Shown one piece after another: positions 1 to 12,870 of a stretch of DNA of 64,000 bases. The notes below the pieces were generated by a model that saw nothing but the letters and a program-made list of their open reading frames with translations, had not been told where the DNA came from and searched no databases. Origin of the DNA: Octopus vulgaris (lineage: Eukaryota); assembly GCA_951406725.2 (NCBI GenBank), contig OX597814.1, positions 107,136,001 to 107,200,000 on the forward strand. Direction: 5' to 3'. Made by a program: the position numbers and the translations under genes. Position 1 is the first letter of the stretch; every line of letters starts with the position of its first letter.

Positions 1-1418
1 CCAATGAAATAAAAGAATTAGACCAAAGTCAAACTTACAAATGCTTAGGAATCCATGAACTAGATAAGACACAACACACACAAATGAAAGAGAAAATAAA
101 AAAAGAATATTATAGACGAGTTAGATCAATACTAAAATCAGAGCTCAATGCTAAAAACAAGATAATAGGTATTAACACTTTAGCTGTCCCAGTTATAAGT
201 TACAGCTACAATATCCTTAACTGGACACTAAATGAACTGACCAAAATAGATAGGAAAACAAGAAAAATAATGACAGGATCTAGGATGCATCACCCAAAAT
301 CTGACATAGAAAGACTATATATACAATGTATAGAAGGTGGTAGAGGCCTTATACAGCTGGAAAACTACGATAAAGTAACCATCATAGGACTGCAAAAATA
401 CCTACTTCAGAAGGAAGGAAAACTGATACAAATAGCGGCAAAACACGAGCAAAACAAAAAACTGTTCTCAGTATTTAAGGAAGCTGACAAATACAAACAA
501 GAAATTATACCACCTAACAAATATGAAGAAGAAGAAGAAGAAGATGAAGAAACAACAAAAGCTATAAAACAAATGAAATCCAAACTAAAACTAGAACAGC
601 AAAGAACCATGATAAAATGATGGCAAGAAAAGCCCCTTCATGGTAAATACTGGACTAAACTAAATGCAAAAGAAATAGACAAAGAAAAATCCCAGCAATG
701 GTTGAGAAGCTCAGGACTCAAAGCAGAGACAGAGGGATTTTTAATTGCAGCACAAGTCCAAAGCCTCCCCATCAGAAATTACCAAAAACATGTAATGAAA
801 AGAAATATAACAAGTAACTGCAGAATATGTGGAGATGGACAAGAAACAATAAATCATATTATCTCTAGCTGCCCAGTCCTGGCTAAGAAGGAATATATTC
901 ACAGACATGACAGAGTTGGAACCTACATACACTGGAAGCTATGCCAACATTATGGAATAACAACAGAAAAAAGATGGTATAGGCACACACCAGAAAAGGT
1001 CACAGAAAACGAGAAAGCAACCATACTCTGGGATATGCCGATACACACAGATAGAGAAATTAAGGCCAACAGACCAGATATAGCTGTCAGAGATCATGAA
1101 GAAAAAAAATGCTTTCTAATTGATGTATCAATACCAGCAGATGACAACGTGTCTCTAAAAGAAATGGAGAAACTTTCAAAATACAAAGACCTGGAAATAG
1201 AGGTAACCAGAATGTGGAATCTAAAAACAGAAACAATCCCTATCATAGTAGGTGCATTAGGCATGATAAAAAAATATTCAGACAAATACATAACAAAAAC
1301 ACCAGGACTTACAAACACATATAACATACAGAAAATTGCACTACTAGGCACTGCACACATCCTACGCAGAACTTTCCATACAATAACCATCAGAGCATCA
1401 CAACAAATCACAGCACAT
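1..1418 (+). mobile_element. 3' half of an R4/Dong-like non-LTR retrotransposon (RT C-terminus, CCHC zinc knuckle, restriction-like endonuclease), disrupted
   Basis: Frame 3 from position 3 reads NEIKELDQSQTYKCLG (RT YKYLG-like motif), then KKEYYRRVRSILKSELNAKNK...HHPKSDIERLY...GGRGL. One in-frame TGA at 618-620. The same frame continues with CRICGDGQETINHIISSC, HRHDRV, RPDI, IDVSIP and KLSKYKDL (RLE motifs). The element runs off the left edge and ends in GAT/GGT repeats. Confidence 0.9.
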
Positions 1419-1590
1419 GGTGGAGAGAATGACGATAATGATGATGGTGATGATGATGATGGAGGTGGCGGCGGGATGGGGTGAGAGCAGGTGGTAGAGG
1501 TGGTGGTGGTGATGGTGGTGGTGGTGGCGGCGGCGGTGATCATGGTGGTGAGAATGACGATGGTGGTGATGATGATGATGATGATGATGT
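1419..1590. repeat. (GAT)n/(GGT)n compound microsatellite
   Basis: Direct inspection. Confidence 0.9.
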
Positions 1591-1960
1591 CAGTAATAAA
1601 ACATGAAAATGTATTCTGTTTTGTCCGGAAGAAATCCAGAATTTTGTCATTAAATTGGCAACAACAATAATGTCAAGCTTGACAAATGTTGATATTTGGT
1701 GCCAGAAGCAGCCATGGTGACATTTTCTGTTGATAAAAGACTAATTCTTGTAACAGGAATATTAAGTCTGAGACCTTAGGATTACATTGGTATTTCAGGT
1801 GTCATTCCTGGCAGAAATGCTTCAGGAAAAATCTTAGATCTTAATGGAGAATTCACTTCCATAAAACAATTACCCAAGTTCGCTACTATTTCTACTCTTT
1901 ATACTTTCTCTCTTGTGTCCATGGTAACAACAATAACTTATATATATAATTTGTTGTTGT

Positions 1961-2289
1961 TGATCCGATCAACGGAACAGCCTGCTCGTGAAATTAATGT
2001 GTAAGTGGCTGAGCACTCCACAGACACGAGTACCCTTAACGTAGTTCTTGGGGAGATTCAGCGTGACACAGAGTATGACAAGGCTATCTTCCTTTGAAAT
2101 ACAGGTACAGCAGAAACAGGAAGAAAGAGTGAGAGAAAGTTGTGGTGAAAGAGTACAGTAGGGTTCGCCACCACCTGCCGGAGACTCATGGACCTTTAGG
2201 TGTTTTCGCTCAATAAACACTCACAACGCCCACTCTGGGAATTGAAGCCATGAGTCCGCTGCCCTAACCACAAGGCTATTGTGCCTCCA
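1961..2289 (-). mobile_element. tRNA-derived SINE family A (head 1 + tail 1), diverged
   Basis: Aligns over its whole length with 26393-26768; the tRNA-like head is on the minus strand. Confidence 0.85.
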
Positions 2290-2801
2290 TACACACACAC
2301 ACACACATATATGTATATATATTAAAGTAATAAAGTTAGTGTCTGGTCATAAAGTGACCAATGGTGTGGCATCCACAAAAGTTGTTACTCACATACATAC
2401 ACACACACTCACACACACACACCGCACGTACATACTTCACACACACACACATGCACACATACATGTAGGCACACACATACATACATACCCACACATGCAC
2501 ACCCTTACACTGAATGCACACACACATACACCTTTTTGCATCCAGGCAGCCCCCCTCTTTTCTGCTTTCCGGTTTTGGCTGATGGATCCTCGGTTCCCGC
2601 GTAGCGGGGCGTTCGAGGGCCTTTGCGCTCGCGCGCTGGGGGCTTGGCCGGCCCCTTGGGCTTGCGTTGTACTGCTTGTGCGTTGTGTGCGTGAGCGCGC
2701 TTCGTGTGTGTGGGCTTGCTTCGGATGTGCGCGTGCGTATGTATGCATACATACCCACACACTCGCATGCATCCCTACCCACATACATACACGCACACCT
2801 A

Positions 2802-2863
<62 letters not shown>

Positions 2864-4316
2864 TACATACACACACACAGACATACACCCATACACTCAC
2901 ACTCACACGCATACACACACACACATACACACGCACACGTACACATACACACACACACACACACCCACATACATACATTACACTTGTATACACACACACT
3001 TACATTCATACACACACACACCTACACAGCCATACCCTCACTCAGACACACACATCTACCTACACACACACACAAACACACACCCATACATACATACATC
3101 TACACACACACGCCTACACACATACATACACACATACATAAACACACACACATACACATACACACACATACGCACACACACATATACTTATACACATGCA
3201 CACACACACACACATACATACATACACCCATACACATACACACACATACCTACATACTCCTATACGCACATACATACACACAGACATACACACTCACACA
3301 AACATACACACACACATACTTACACACACACTCACCTGCACGCGCACACACATGCATGACAAACACCCATACACTCACACTCACATACGCACACACCAAC
3401 ATAAACACGCACACACACACACACACCTACACTCCCACACACATACACACGCACCTACATACACACACGCACGCATACACACGCACACACACGCATACAC
3501 ACATACATTACACACGTACACACACACACCTACATACACATGCATACACACACACACACAAACATGCACGGACACACCCAGACATACATACATACACCCA
3601 TATACACACGCCCACACACCTACATACACACACACACATGTACGCACATACACACACATATACGCACATACATATATACCCACACACATGCACACACACA
3701 CGCACATGCATGCATGCACACGCATACACACACGCACACGCACGTACACATACATACATACACACACGCATACATACACCCATACACATACATGCATCCT
3801 ACACACACATACATACACACTCACACATACATACACACACACACCTGTATGTACGCGCACACACATGCACATACACACACTTCCCCACACCCACACGTAC
3901 ATACATACATACATACACACTCACACACACACGGACATACATCTATGCACACACATATATACACACATACTCACATACATTCATCGGACACACTGCCACC
4001 CAGACAATACACACAGACACACTCACACATCCACACACATACATACTTACGCGCATACTCGCAGGCGCGCGCACACACGCGCTTGCGCCGGTTCGCGCAC
4101 GCATACGCGCCGCATGCACCTCGCTCTTGGACCCGACGAGACCTCCCGCTCGTTCCTGGGACCGTCGCTTGTCGTTGGGTTTTCCCACGCCCGTCTCCGC
4201 GGGACCACTCTTCCATCTTCCCCTCAGCTGGAGTCCTTTTTCCTTAACCCCCCCCTTTTTTGTTACACACATGCGCACACATATACACACATTGCTTAAA
4301 TATATACATTACTCTT

Positions 4317-4357
<41 letters not shown>
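2290..4357. repeat. Degenerate (CA)/(CATA)-rich microsatellite block containing two GC-rich, A-poor islands
   Basis: Direct inspection; source of the HT-repeat pseudo-ORFs. Confidence 0.9.
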
Positions 4358-4358
<1 letters not shown>

Positions 4359-5100
4359 CGGCGTACGTACACTTTGTTCTCTTATATGTAAGTACACATT
4401 TCACTAAATTTTGTACAACTTTTTCAAATCTTTCTCCCCCCCTCTCTCTCACATTTCTTTGCCTTTCTTGCTCACTTTGCACTTCACTATGTCCCTGTCT
4501 CTCTTTTTTTTCTTGCTACTCCTTGATTCTTCCGTCTATCTACTACTACTACACTCTCTCTCGCTCTCTTCTCCCCTCCTTAATTCCTATGTCCCTCTTT
4601 TTCACTCTCTTCTCTTCTCACGTGACCATTGGCTGACTGCTAGCCCTTTTGCGTTTGACCGTGGTCATTGCCACATCGATATTCTTCCCTCTGCCGTAAG
4701 GCTTCATTTCCACACATGCCAGCTGAATTCAATTCGTCCCCAGTTGAAAGACACCTGTTGTTATGTCCTGTTATTATTATTATTATTGTTTTTTATTGTA
4801 TTTTTGTATTTATATTTGTGTAACATCATCTATTTTTCCGTCTTTGTTTTGTATACATTCGATGCTTTTTTCCAAGGAATCTAATGCTCTTAGCTTAGTT
4901 TTTCCTTTGGGCTGGCCAGATTGGAGCAATCTCAAGATTAATCAGCCAAAATTGCGAAGATGATCCGGTTCTTGACTGAAGATAAAAGGCTTCGAATGAC
5001 CCATCCATGTTTTTTGTATCGTCTATCTGGATGTTTTGTTGTCCCCTTTTGTACCATCTAGTTGTCCGGATGTTTTGCGTTCTTGTCTCATTTTGTATTT

Positions 5101-5146
<46 letters not shown>

Positions 5147-5429
5147 GTATGTATTTATATCTGTGTATGTGTGTGTGTGTCTTTGTGTCTGAGTTTGTCT
5201 CCCACCACTGTTTGATAACTGTACATAGTGGTTCATCAAAAGAGACTAACAGAATAAGTACAGGGTTTTAAAAAGAAAACATAATGGGGGTGGAGGTCTA
5301 TTCATTTCACTAAAAATTGTTCAAGGTGGTGCCCCAGCATGGCCACAGTCTAATGACTGAAACAAGTAAAAGATATACTAATTCTATTCACATCTTTTTA
5401 TCTAAATTTTTTTATTGTTTCTCTCCCAA

Positions 5430-5870
5430 CTTTTACTTGTTTCAGTCATTGGATTGCGACCATGTTGGGGCACCACCTTCAAGCGTTTAGTCAGACATAT
5501 TGACCTTGGTACTTTTTCTTTTCCGTCCGGTACTTAGGCTATTGGCCTCTTTTGCTGAACTACCAGGTTATGGAGATGTAAACAAACCAACACCTGTTGG
5601 GAAGGACAAACAGAAAAGAACTCACACAAACGCTCATGCACGCACACACACATGCACTCACACATACACAACCACAGACACACACACACATACACACGCA
5701 CATACATACATGCACACACACACACACAAACACATGATGGGCTTTTCCACAGTTTCCATCTACCAAATTAATTCACAAAGCATTGAGCCAGCCTGGGGTT
5801 ATAGAAGAAGACGCTTGGAACTGAACCAGAAACCACATAGTTGCAATACAAGACTGTTAATCACACAGCC
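5430..5870 (-). mobile_element. SINE family C, diverged and CpG-decayed
   Basis: Matches 38125-38595 (ttttacttgtttcagtcatt...tttcagtttccgtctaccaaat...cacacagcc). Confidence 0.75.
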
Positions 5871-6061
5871 ATGTTTATTTATACACACCTCTTTATCCAT
5901 GGTTTCTACGACTGGATGCCCTTCCTAATGCCAACCACTCCGACAGTGTAATGGATCTTTTTACGTGCCACCGGCACAGGTGCCATTTGCATGACACCAG
6001 GGTGATTTAACATGCCACCGGCATGGGTGCCAATTTGCGTGACACTGGTATCTGCCAGGCA

Positions 6062-6270
6062 GAGAGCTGGCAGAAACGTTAGCACGCCGGACGAAATGCT
6101 CAGCAGTATTTCGTCTGTCACTACGTTCTGAGTTCAAATTCCGCCGAAGTCGACTTTGCCTTTCATCCTTTCGGGGTCGATTAAATAAGTACCAGTTACG
6201 CACCGGGGTCGATGTAATCGACTTAATCCCTTTGTCTGTCCTTGTTTGTTTTCTCTGTGTTTAGCCCCTT
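6062..6270 (+). mobile_element. tRNA-derived SINE family B
   Basis: A-box-like TGGCAGAAACG, B-box GAGTTCAAATTCC, and the conserved central GCCTTTCATCCTTTCGGGGTCGAT; at least 15 copies in the window. Confidence 0.9.
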
Positions 6271-6480
6271 CTCAAGCACGACATAATGCCAAAGATCTCG
6301 GTCATTGCCTCCATGACGCCCAACACTCGAAAGGAACAGATTCTTGTTCAAATTTTTGGATTGATAAGATCGAATATGCTTGACTTTCCACCCCAGCCAA
6401 AATGTATGGTTTCGTATTTGAGATCAATAAACATATGATGAATTCTATGATGATGACACAAATATTGAATATGTAATCAG

Positions 6481-6545
6481 ACAATTATTGAACCATTATT
6501 GAACAATTATTGAGCAGCTATTGAACAGTTATTGGACAAGTATTA
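6481..6545. repeat. Degenerate 11-bp tandem repeat (ACAATTATTGA)
   Basis: About 5-6 imperfect copies visible. Confidence 0.7.
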
Positions 6546-6722
6546 TACAAGAAGCATTGAGTAATGTTATTTGATCTGAGATAAACAACATTAGAGCCAA
6601 CACTGGGTTGGTCTTCTCGTTAAGTACCAACTAATCTCTTTCAGTTATTAACAACTGGCAGCAGAGATAAGCAACCATGCAATACATTCAGTCAAAACTA
6701 TGTATTTCTATTGATTTCATAA

Positions 6723-7630
6723 CTAGCAGGACCCGTGAATATTTCACAGAATTAATGGTAAACCTTTTGGGTTATTTCTGAAATCTTTATCCAAAACACT
6801 GGAAGCGTAGCCTGTCTTTCTTGGAAAAGTTAGTCGTTCGTCTGCAAGTGAGCAAAATTGGAATACGATGATTATTTAATGCACTTCATATGTTTATACA
6901 CTTTACATACTTTATGCACAATTTTATGGAATTAATACACAGCACTCATAAAACAAATATTCACTCTTATTTTCTCAGTTTTCCCATAAACAAAAAGAAA
7001 ATATCCTGTACATATGATACAACCTTTACTTAAATTGCACTTATCTGTCATGTAAATAAATGTGAATATTTCACAGAATTGCACTTAAGTGATAAGTGAT
7101 AAAAAAGAAACTTAGTTCAATTTTTTTTAAATACACTTTTCACTATCCAACCACCACAACCACTGCTGCCACCACCATCATCTTTCCCTCCCTCTCTCCC
7201 CTCTCTTACTACCTTTCTTTAACCTCACCATCAGAACATCACCCGTCAGCTAAAATTATATTTTTAACTCTCCTCCTCCTCTACCTTCAACTAACACTTT
7301 TAACCACGTAATAAATATTACATTCCCCCTACATCACATCATGGACGCTTCTCTCTCCCTTTTTTCCTTTCTCCCTCTTTCTGTTTCACTCTTTGCCTTA
7401 TCCTCTTTTCCTCTCTCCTTTTCCTTTCTGCTCTCTTTCCCTTCAACTAATTACGTGAAAGTGTTACAATTACATTCCCTCTACCGCTTGTTATGGACGC
7501 TTCTCTCTCCCACTTTTTATCTCTCCCTCTTTTTTCTCATTCTCTTTTCATTCTCCCTGTCTTCCTCTAATCACATGAAAGCATTACCGACAGGCTAAGT
7601 AGCGCAATGACAAGCAGAATTATTATAAGA
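6723..7630 (-). mobile_element. Non-autonomous Helitron
   Basis: Minus strand starts A|TCTTATAATAA and ends with the hairpin CTGTGAA-ATA-TTCACGG followed by TCCTG-CTAG|T. These are canonical TC...CTRR ends inserted in an AT dinucleotide with no TSD. Confidence 0.75.
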
Positions 7631-7638
7631 TCCTTTAA

Positions 7639-7860
7639 CATTTTTGATATCAACCTCCCTGACATTGCCTCTGGATTTATGACACAATCACCCTGTTTTA
7701 AAGGGATCTAAATCAAAGCTTTCTATGAAAATTTCATGTAGATTTATGTTCCAAACTTCAGTTTAATGATGACAAAATTATCTCATTAAATTCTTCATTA
7801 TTTTCAAAATTAATTGAAACAAAAACAGCATATTTCAGAAGAAAAATGGCAACCAAAGGG
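7639..7860. mobile_element. piggyBac-type MITE, degenerate
   Basis: Reverse-complement match to 60505-60732; TTAA at 7635-7638 and an AAAGGG terminus. Confidence 0.6.
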
Positions 7861-7954
7861 TTGGACACACTTTTCCATAACCACTGGTAATGCCTCCCCT
7901 GTATATTCCCAAAATGTAATTCTTTTTTACCAAATAAATTGCACTTCATATTCA

Positions 7955-8037
7955 AGACTCTGATGAAGCTATAGGACGTAATCCAGGCATTCAACTAAGA
8001 ATCCACTGCATCTAATAGCAGAAACAGCTGTAAGCTC
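7955..8037 (+). ncRNA. Type I hammerhead ribozyme motif in a Penelope-like terminal repeat
   Basis: CTGATGA (7960-66), A, stem II GCTAT...ATAGC, A, GAAAC (8021-25), palindromic stem III ACAGCTGT, GUA cleavage triplet. Stem I is only partly intact. Confidence 0.65.
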
Positions 8038-8341
8038 ATGAAGTTCATAACATAACCATCATTTTTCCTGTGTCATCTCTTTTTCTGGTGTGTGTGTGTG
8101 TACATACATACATGCATACATACATACATACATACATACATACATACATACAGTGGTGGGAATTAACAAGACTACCAATGGTTTCATGTGAAGAGGAATC
8201 TCTTAACAATTATCAAGCCTGCCATTAGGGAATGTGTGGTACTTGTCTCCAAACTGTAACCCTGTAAATCCACAAATAAGAATATTTATCCACCAATGCA
8301 GTGTTGAGCATTTATTTTATTTTCATTGTTCAATATTAGCT

Positions 8342-8395
<54 letters not shown>

Positions 8396-8511
8396 CATCA
8401 TCATATATAAATATATGAAGAGTTTTGTAGTTTGCTTAAAGCATAATAATAGAGAAGTAGAATGAAATGGGAAATACGAAAAGTTTCTAACAAAACAGAA
8501 AGTTTTTAAAA

Positions 8512-8552
8512 ATCCTTTATATTTCGGGCACAAAGGCTATCTTCAGAAGGAT
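8512..8552 (-). ncRNA. Degenerate minimal hammerhead motif
   Basis: Minus strand: ATCCTT CTGAAGA TAGC CTTTGT GCCC GAAAT ATA AAGGAT. 6-bp stem I intact, stem II eroded. Confidence 0.5.
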
Positions 8553-8929
8553 GCAGTCAACACCATCACCAACAATTATCATGGAATTTACCATTATTAT
8601 GACCACTGACTGTTACCATAGCAATCACTACCATCGACAGCTACCATCATTACCGCTGCTGCTAACCTACAGCTAGTCTTCTACCACTGTCCCCAGCACC
8701 ACCTTCCTCAATGTGACCAACAGCATCAGCACCAACAACATCAGCATTTGTGAAGCTGCTGCTACAAGCACCAGCAGCCTGTCTGGCTATCCAAAATGCT
8801 AGGTTCTATGTAAACACATTTCTTTGACTGTACTCTTCTAAAGACAGACCCTTGCACTCAAAATAGAAAGACTTTCTGCATTGCTAGAAGCCTATCTCAT
8901 GCCTCATTTCATTTAATACCTATAAATAT

Positions 8930-9298
8930 GCCAGTGTCACATATCTAGCGCTCGTGCCAGTGGCACATAAAAAGCACCCTTCAAACTTGTCGTGGAGACA
9001 GTGACAAGTAACCGAGACCTTTGGCAATATATCATGCATGAGAGGACTGGTCAAGCCAAGTGAGGTCATAGCTTGGTTGATGCCGGTGTTGCATAACCGT
9101 AACTCATGCCAGTGGCACATAAAAAGCACACACTGGATTCTGTCTAGTGATTGGCATATTAGGAAGGGCAGCATCGAGCCATAGAAAACCATGCCAAATC
9201 AGACTGGAGTTTGGTGCAGCCTTCCAGCTTGCCAGCCCTGGTCAAACCATCCAACCCATGCCAGCATGGACAACGGACGTTAAATGATGGTGGTGGTG

Positions 9299-9330
<32 letters not shown>
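8930..9330 (+). mobile_element. Family D short retroposon ending in (GAT)n
   Basis: GGCACATAAAAAGCAC modules, TTAGGAAGGGCA, and CCAACCCATGCCAGCATGG...GGACGTTAAATGATG tail shared with 10490-10955, 57715-57905, 59401-59687 and 61940-62255. Confidence 0.8.
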
Positions 9331-9331
<1 letters not shown>

Positions 9332-9915
9332 TTCGCCCTGTGAAAAATTTCCAGTTATTTTCTCGTTAATTACATAATGGATATTCATTAAGCAATTTTT
9401 TAGCTTGGGTAGATTTATCTTGATCCTTCCAATAATATGAAAGCCATAGAATATGAAACTTTTTTTGTAGAAATATACATGAATGGAAATGTTTCTTAGT
9501 TTGGAGAAATTCTTTAAAACATGGAGCAAAGACAGGAAGAGAGCAAGAGGAGGAAAGATGATACGGTTATCTATACAGTTACATAATGACAAATAATATA
9601 TGTATATATATATGGAGAGAGAGAGACTTCTACACAGACATCACATTTATACATATGCACACGCGCGCACACACACACACATGCATACATACATGCACAT
9701 ACACTCTTTTGCACAAATATGCATCTCACCAATGTACATACACATACAAACACACACACACATACATAACATGCACACACATACACAAGACAATTATTTT
9801 TATCATTATTATCATCATCATCATTATCATCAATCATTATTATTATTATTATTACCATTATTATCATCATCATCATTACCATTATTATTATCATTGATAT
9901 TGATATATCTCAGGT

Positions 9916-9968
<53 letters not shown>

Positions 9969-10489
9969 TCCTCAACACAGTGTCTCAAAGGAATGTCTGT
10001 TCTCTCAAGACTGTTTCACATCAAAGAAAACATACAGAAGACTTATAGATTCTAGAATAAACATTAGCATATTTTACATAATTTATGCTAATTAGGCAGC
10101 CATATTGGTGATTTCTAGAAGCCATTTTTTAAGACTTCCAAAGATGAACAGAAGATTGTATGGGATGCAATTACATTAAATATATTCTGACAATCTCACC
10201 TGTAAATGTTGAATCTAGTAGCTGCTATTCTTTTATCTGTTACCTGTTTCAGTCATTAGGCTGTGGCCATGCTGGGGCACTGACCTCAAGAATTTTAGTC
10301 AAACAAATCAATACCAGTATTTTTTTTTATTTCTTAAGCTTGATACTTGTTTTATATGTTACAGGGATGTAAACAAACCAACACCAATCGTCAGGCAGCA
10401 ATGAGGCACAGAGACAAAGACACACAGAGACAAAGACACACAGAGACACACACACAGATGTAAAGGAATCAAAATTGAAATCAAATTCG

Positions 10490-10955
10490 ATGACTGGCAT
10501 TCGTGCTAGTGGAGCGCTAAGAGCACTATCCGAGCAGGATCATTGCCAGAGCAGCTAACTGGCTTCCGTGCCGGTGGCACATAAAAAGTACCAATCGAGC
10601 ATGATCATTACCAGCATTGCCTGACTGGCACTTGTGGTGGTGGCATATGAAAAAACATTCGAGCGAGGTCATTGCTAGTGCCGCTGGACTGGCTCCTGTG
10701 CAGGTGGCACGTAAAAAAACACCACTTGAGCATGGCTGTTCCCAGTGCCACCTGACTAGCCCTCGTGCTGGGGGCACGTAAAAGCACCACTACACTCTCA
10801 GAGTGGTTAGCGTTAGGAAGGGCATCCAGCTGTAGAAACTCTGCCAGATCAGATTGGAGCCTGGTGCAGCCATCTGGTTCGCCAGCCCTCAGTCAAAATC
10901 GTCCAGCCCATGCTAGCATGGAAAGCAGCCGTTAAACAATGATGATGATGATGAT
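10490..10955 (+). mobile_element. Family D short retroposon with about 5 internal ~65-nt tandem modules
   Basis: Repeated GCCAGT..ACTGGC + CGTGCCGGTGGCACGTAAAAAGCACC units followed by the common tail and (GAT)n. Confidence 0.85.
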
Positions 10956-11325
10956 AAAGAAGCATTGGTTATAAAACAAACATTAAATTTGGGTCAACAA
11001 CTTTACATCCAACACCAACCCTCAAACATTTAATCATATATATATAAAAAAACACCATGATCTACAAAAACATTTAAAAAAATGATACATATGCATAAAA
11101 TCACAGAAGATAAAAATATATATTCTAATAAAATACAAATAGAACGGCTTATCAAAAGTTAAATATAATGACTAAAAATTGAAAACTACCACAAAGCCTA
11201 ATGGACAAATATGAAATAAATAAAGATAAAAATAAAATAAAATAAATGTCCACCGAATAAAATGATTTTATCAGACAAAATATTTTTTTTAAATTTAAAA
11301 AAAAGTTTTCTTTTTTTTAAATATT

Positions 11326-11490
11326 TGAAAAAGTCTTTTACTTCCCTCACACAAGCGCATCCAAAGTCCATAAGTAAACAGACTTCCACAGGTCAAATTC
11401 ACATACACCTTGAAAAAAGTCTTTTACTCCCCTCACACAAGTACGTCCAAAGTTCATAATAGACAGATATCACAGGTCAAATTCAGCATT
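11326..11490. repeat. ~84-bp direct tandem duplication
   Basis: TGAAAAAGTCTTTTACT-CCCTCACACAAG...CACAGGTCAAATTCA occurs twice. Confidence 0.8.
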
Positions 11491-12029
11491 CACATATATC
11501 TATAGCCATTTTAGGAGCTCACCACCGCAGTTCATTTACACAAAAATGCATCACAGCAATGATCCCCTCATCAGGATAAACATGAAACATGCACAGATCA
11601 AAACTTTTTATGAAAAGCTTATATAATTTAAGAAGAACCCATCAGCGGACCAGTCCAAATTTCCTATAGAAAAGAAATAAAGAGACTATTGCTTAACACT
11701 GAGGTGGCTGTAGTTAACAGAAATTTAACCTTGCCAGTTTCAAATCCCTGTAACGCTAAACAATTTTATTACATTTCTTTTTATTTCTATATACTTTCAA
11801 AAAGGTGGACAAAAACCTATGGTTGCAAAAAGGGATCACCTCAGTAAATCTATTCAAAGTTTTTGTGTGTGTGTATAATTAAATTAAAAGGACAAAGAAA
11901 TGGAGGTGGGGTGGGGTGCATCAGGTGTAGTATTGGCGGATTTCAGGAAGCATGCAAGTTTTAAAGAATGTAGTGTCTCCACAGCAAAAGACTGATGTGG
12001 AGAGTTTATTCCATGCCTCAACAATTCTT

Positions 12030-12310
12030 AGCATCACCATTGTCACCATTGTCGTCATCATTTTTGTCAATACCGCCATCACATCGTCATTGTTATCCTC
12101 ATTACATCATCAACATCATCACCGTCATCATCACCACCACTGCCATCACCACCGTCACCACCATCACCACCACTACTACCACCACTGCCATCACTACCGC
12201 CACCACCATCACTGCTACAGCTACTGCCATTGCCACCACCACCATCACCACCGCCACCAACACCATCATCACTGCCACCACCACCATTACCACCGCCACC
12301 GCCATCATAG
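12030..12310. repeat. (CAT/CAC)n degenerate trinucleotide repeat
   Basis: Direct inspection. Confidence 0.85.
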
Positions 12311-12514
12311 GCCTTGTAAGAGGGGCTTTGCTGTGAGCAGGGGACATATGGCAAGAACCCACAGGAAAAAAACCAACAGCCATCTCATGCAGAGCATAGC
12401 TAATAGTGTGTGCTACTCAGAGTAACTCATGAGGTTTTGTCCACCCCTCTCCCTAGCCATGCTTCTGATCTCCTGAGTAACAACAATAGATTCACAATAT
12501 AACCATTCCAAATA

Positions 12515-12612
12515 CCTATCTATCAATTTATCTGTCTATCTATCTTTTTATAAATCTCTTTCTATAGCAATTTATCTATACGCCCCTATCTATGAATCTA
12601 TCACTCTGTCTG

Positions 12613-12670
<58 letters not shown>

Positions 12671-12673
12671 AAT

Positions 12674-12724
<51 letters not shown>

Positions 12725-12802
12725 CGTATAGCTATTTATATCCTTCTATGTATCAATCTATCAATTTATCTATCTAGCTATCTATCTGTCTATCTATTTA
12801 TG

Positions 12803-12863
<61 letters not shown>

Positions 12864-12870
12864 ATCTCTC
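12515..12870. repeat. (TATC)n and (TC)n microsatellites
   Basis: Direct inspection. Confidence 0.9.

Noticed and set aside
2279-4636. 785-aa His/Thr-rich ORF and the many overlapping HT/CV/YI ORFs elsewhere (e.g. 14277-15495)
   Set aside because: Translations of CA/TA/TACA microsatellites; no domain content or splice structure.
4965-5005. Hammerhead at CTGAAGA..CGAAT
   Set aside because: No GAAA and no stem II or stem I pairing.
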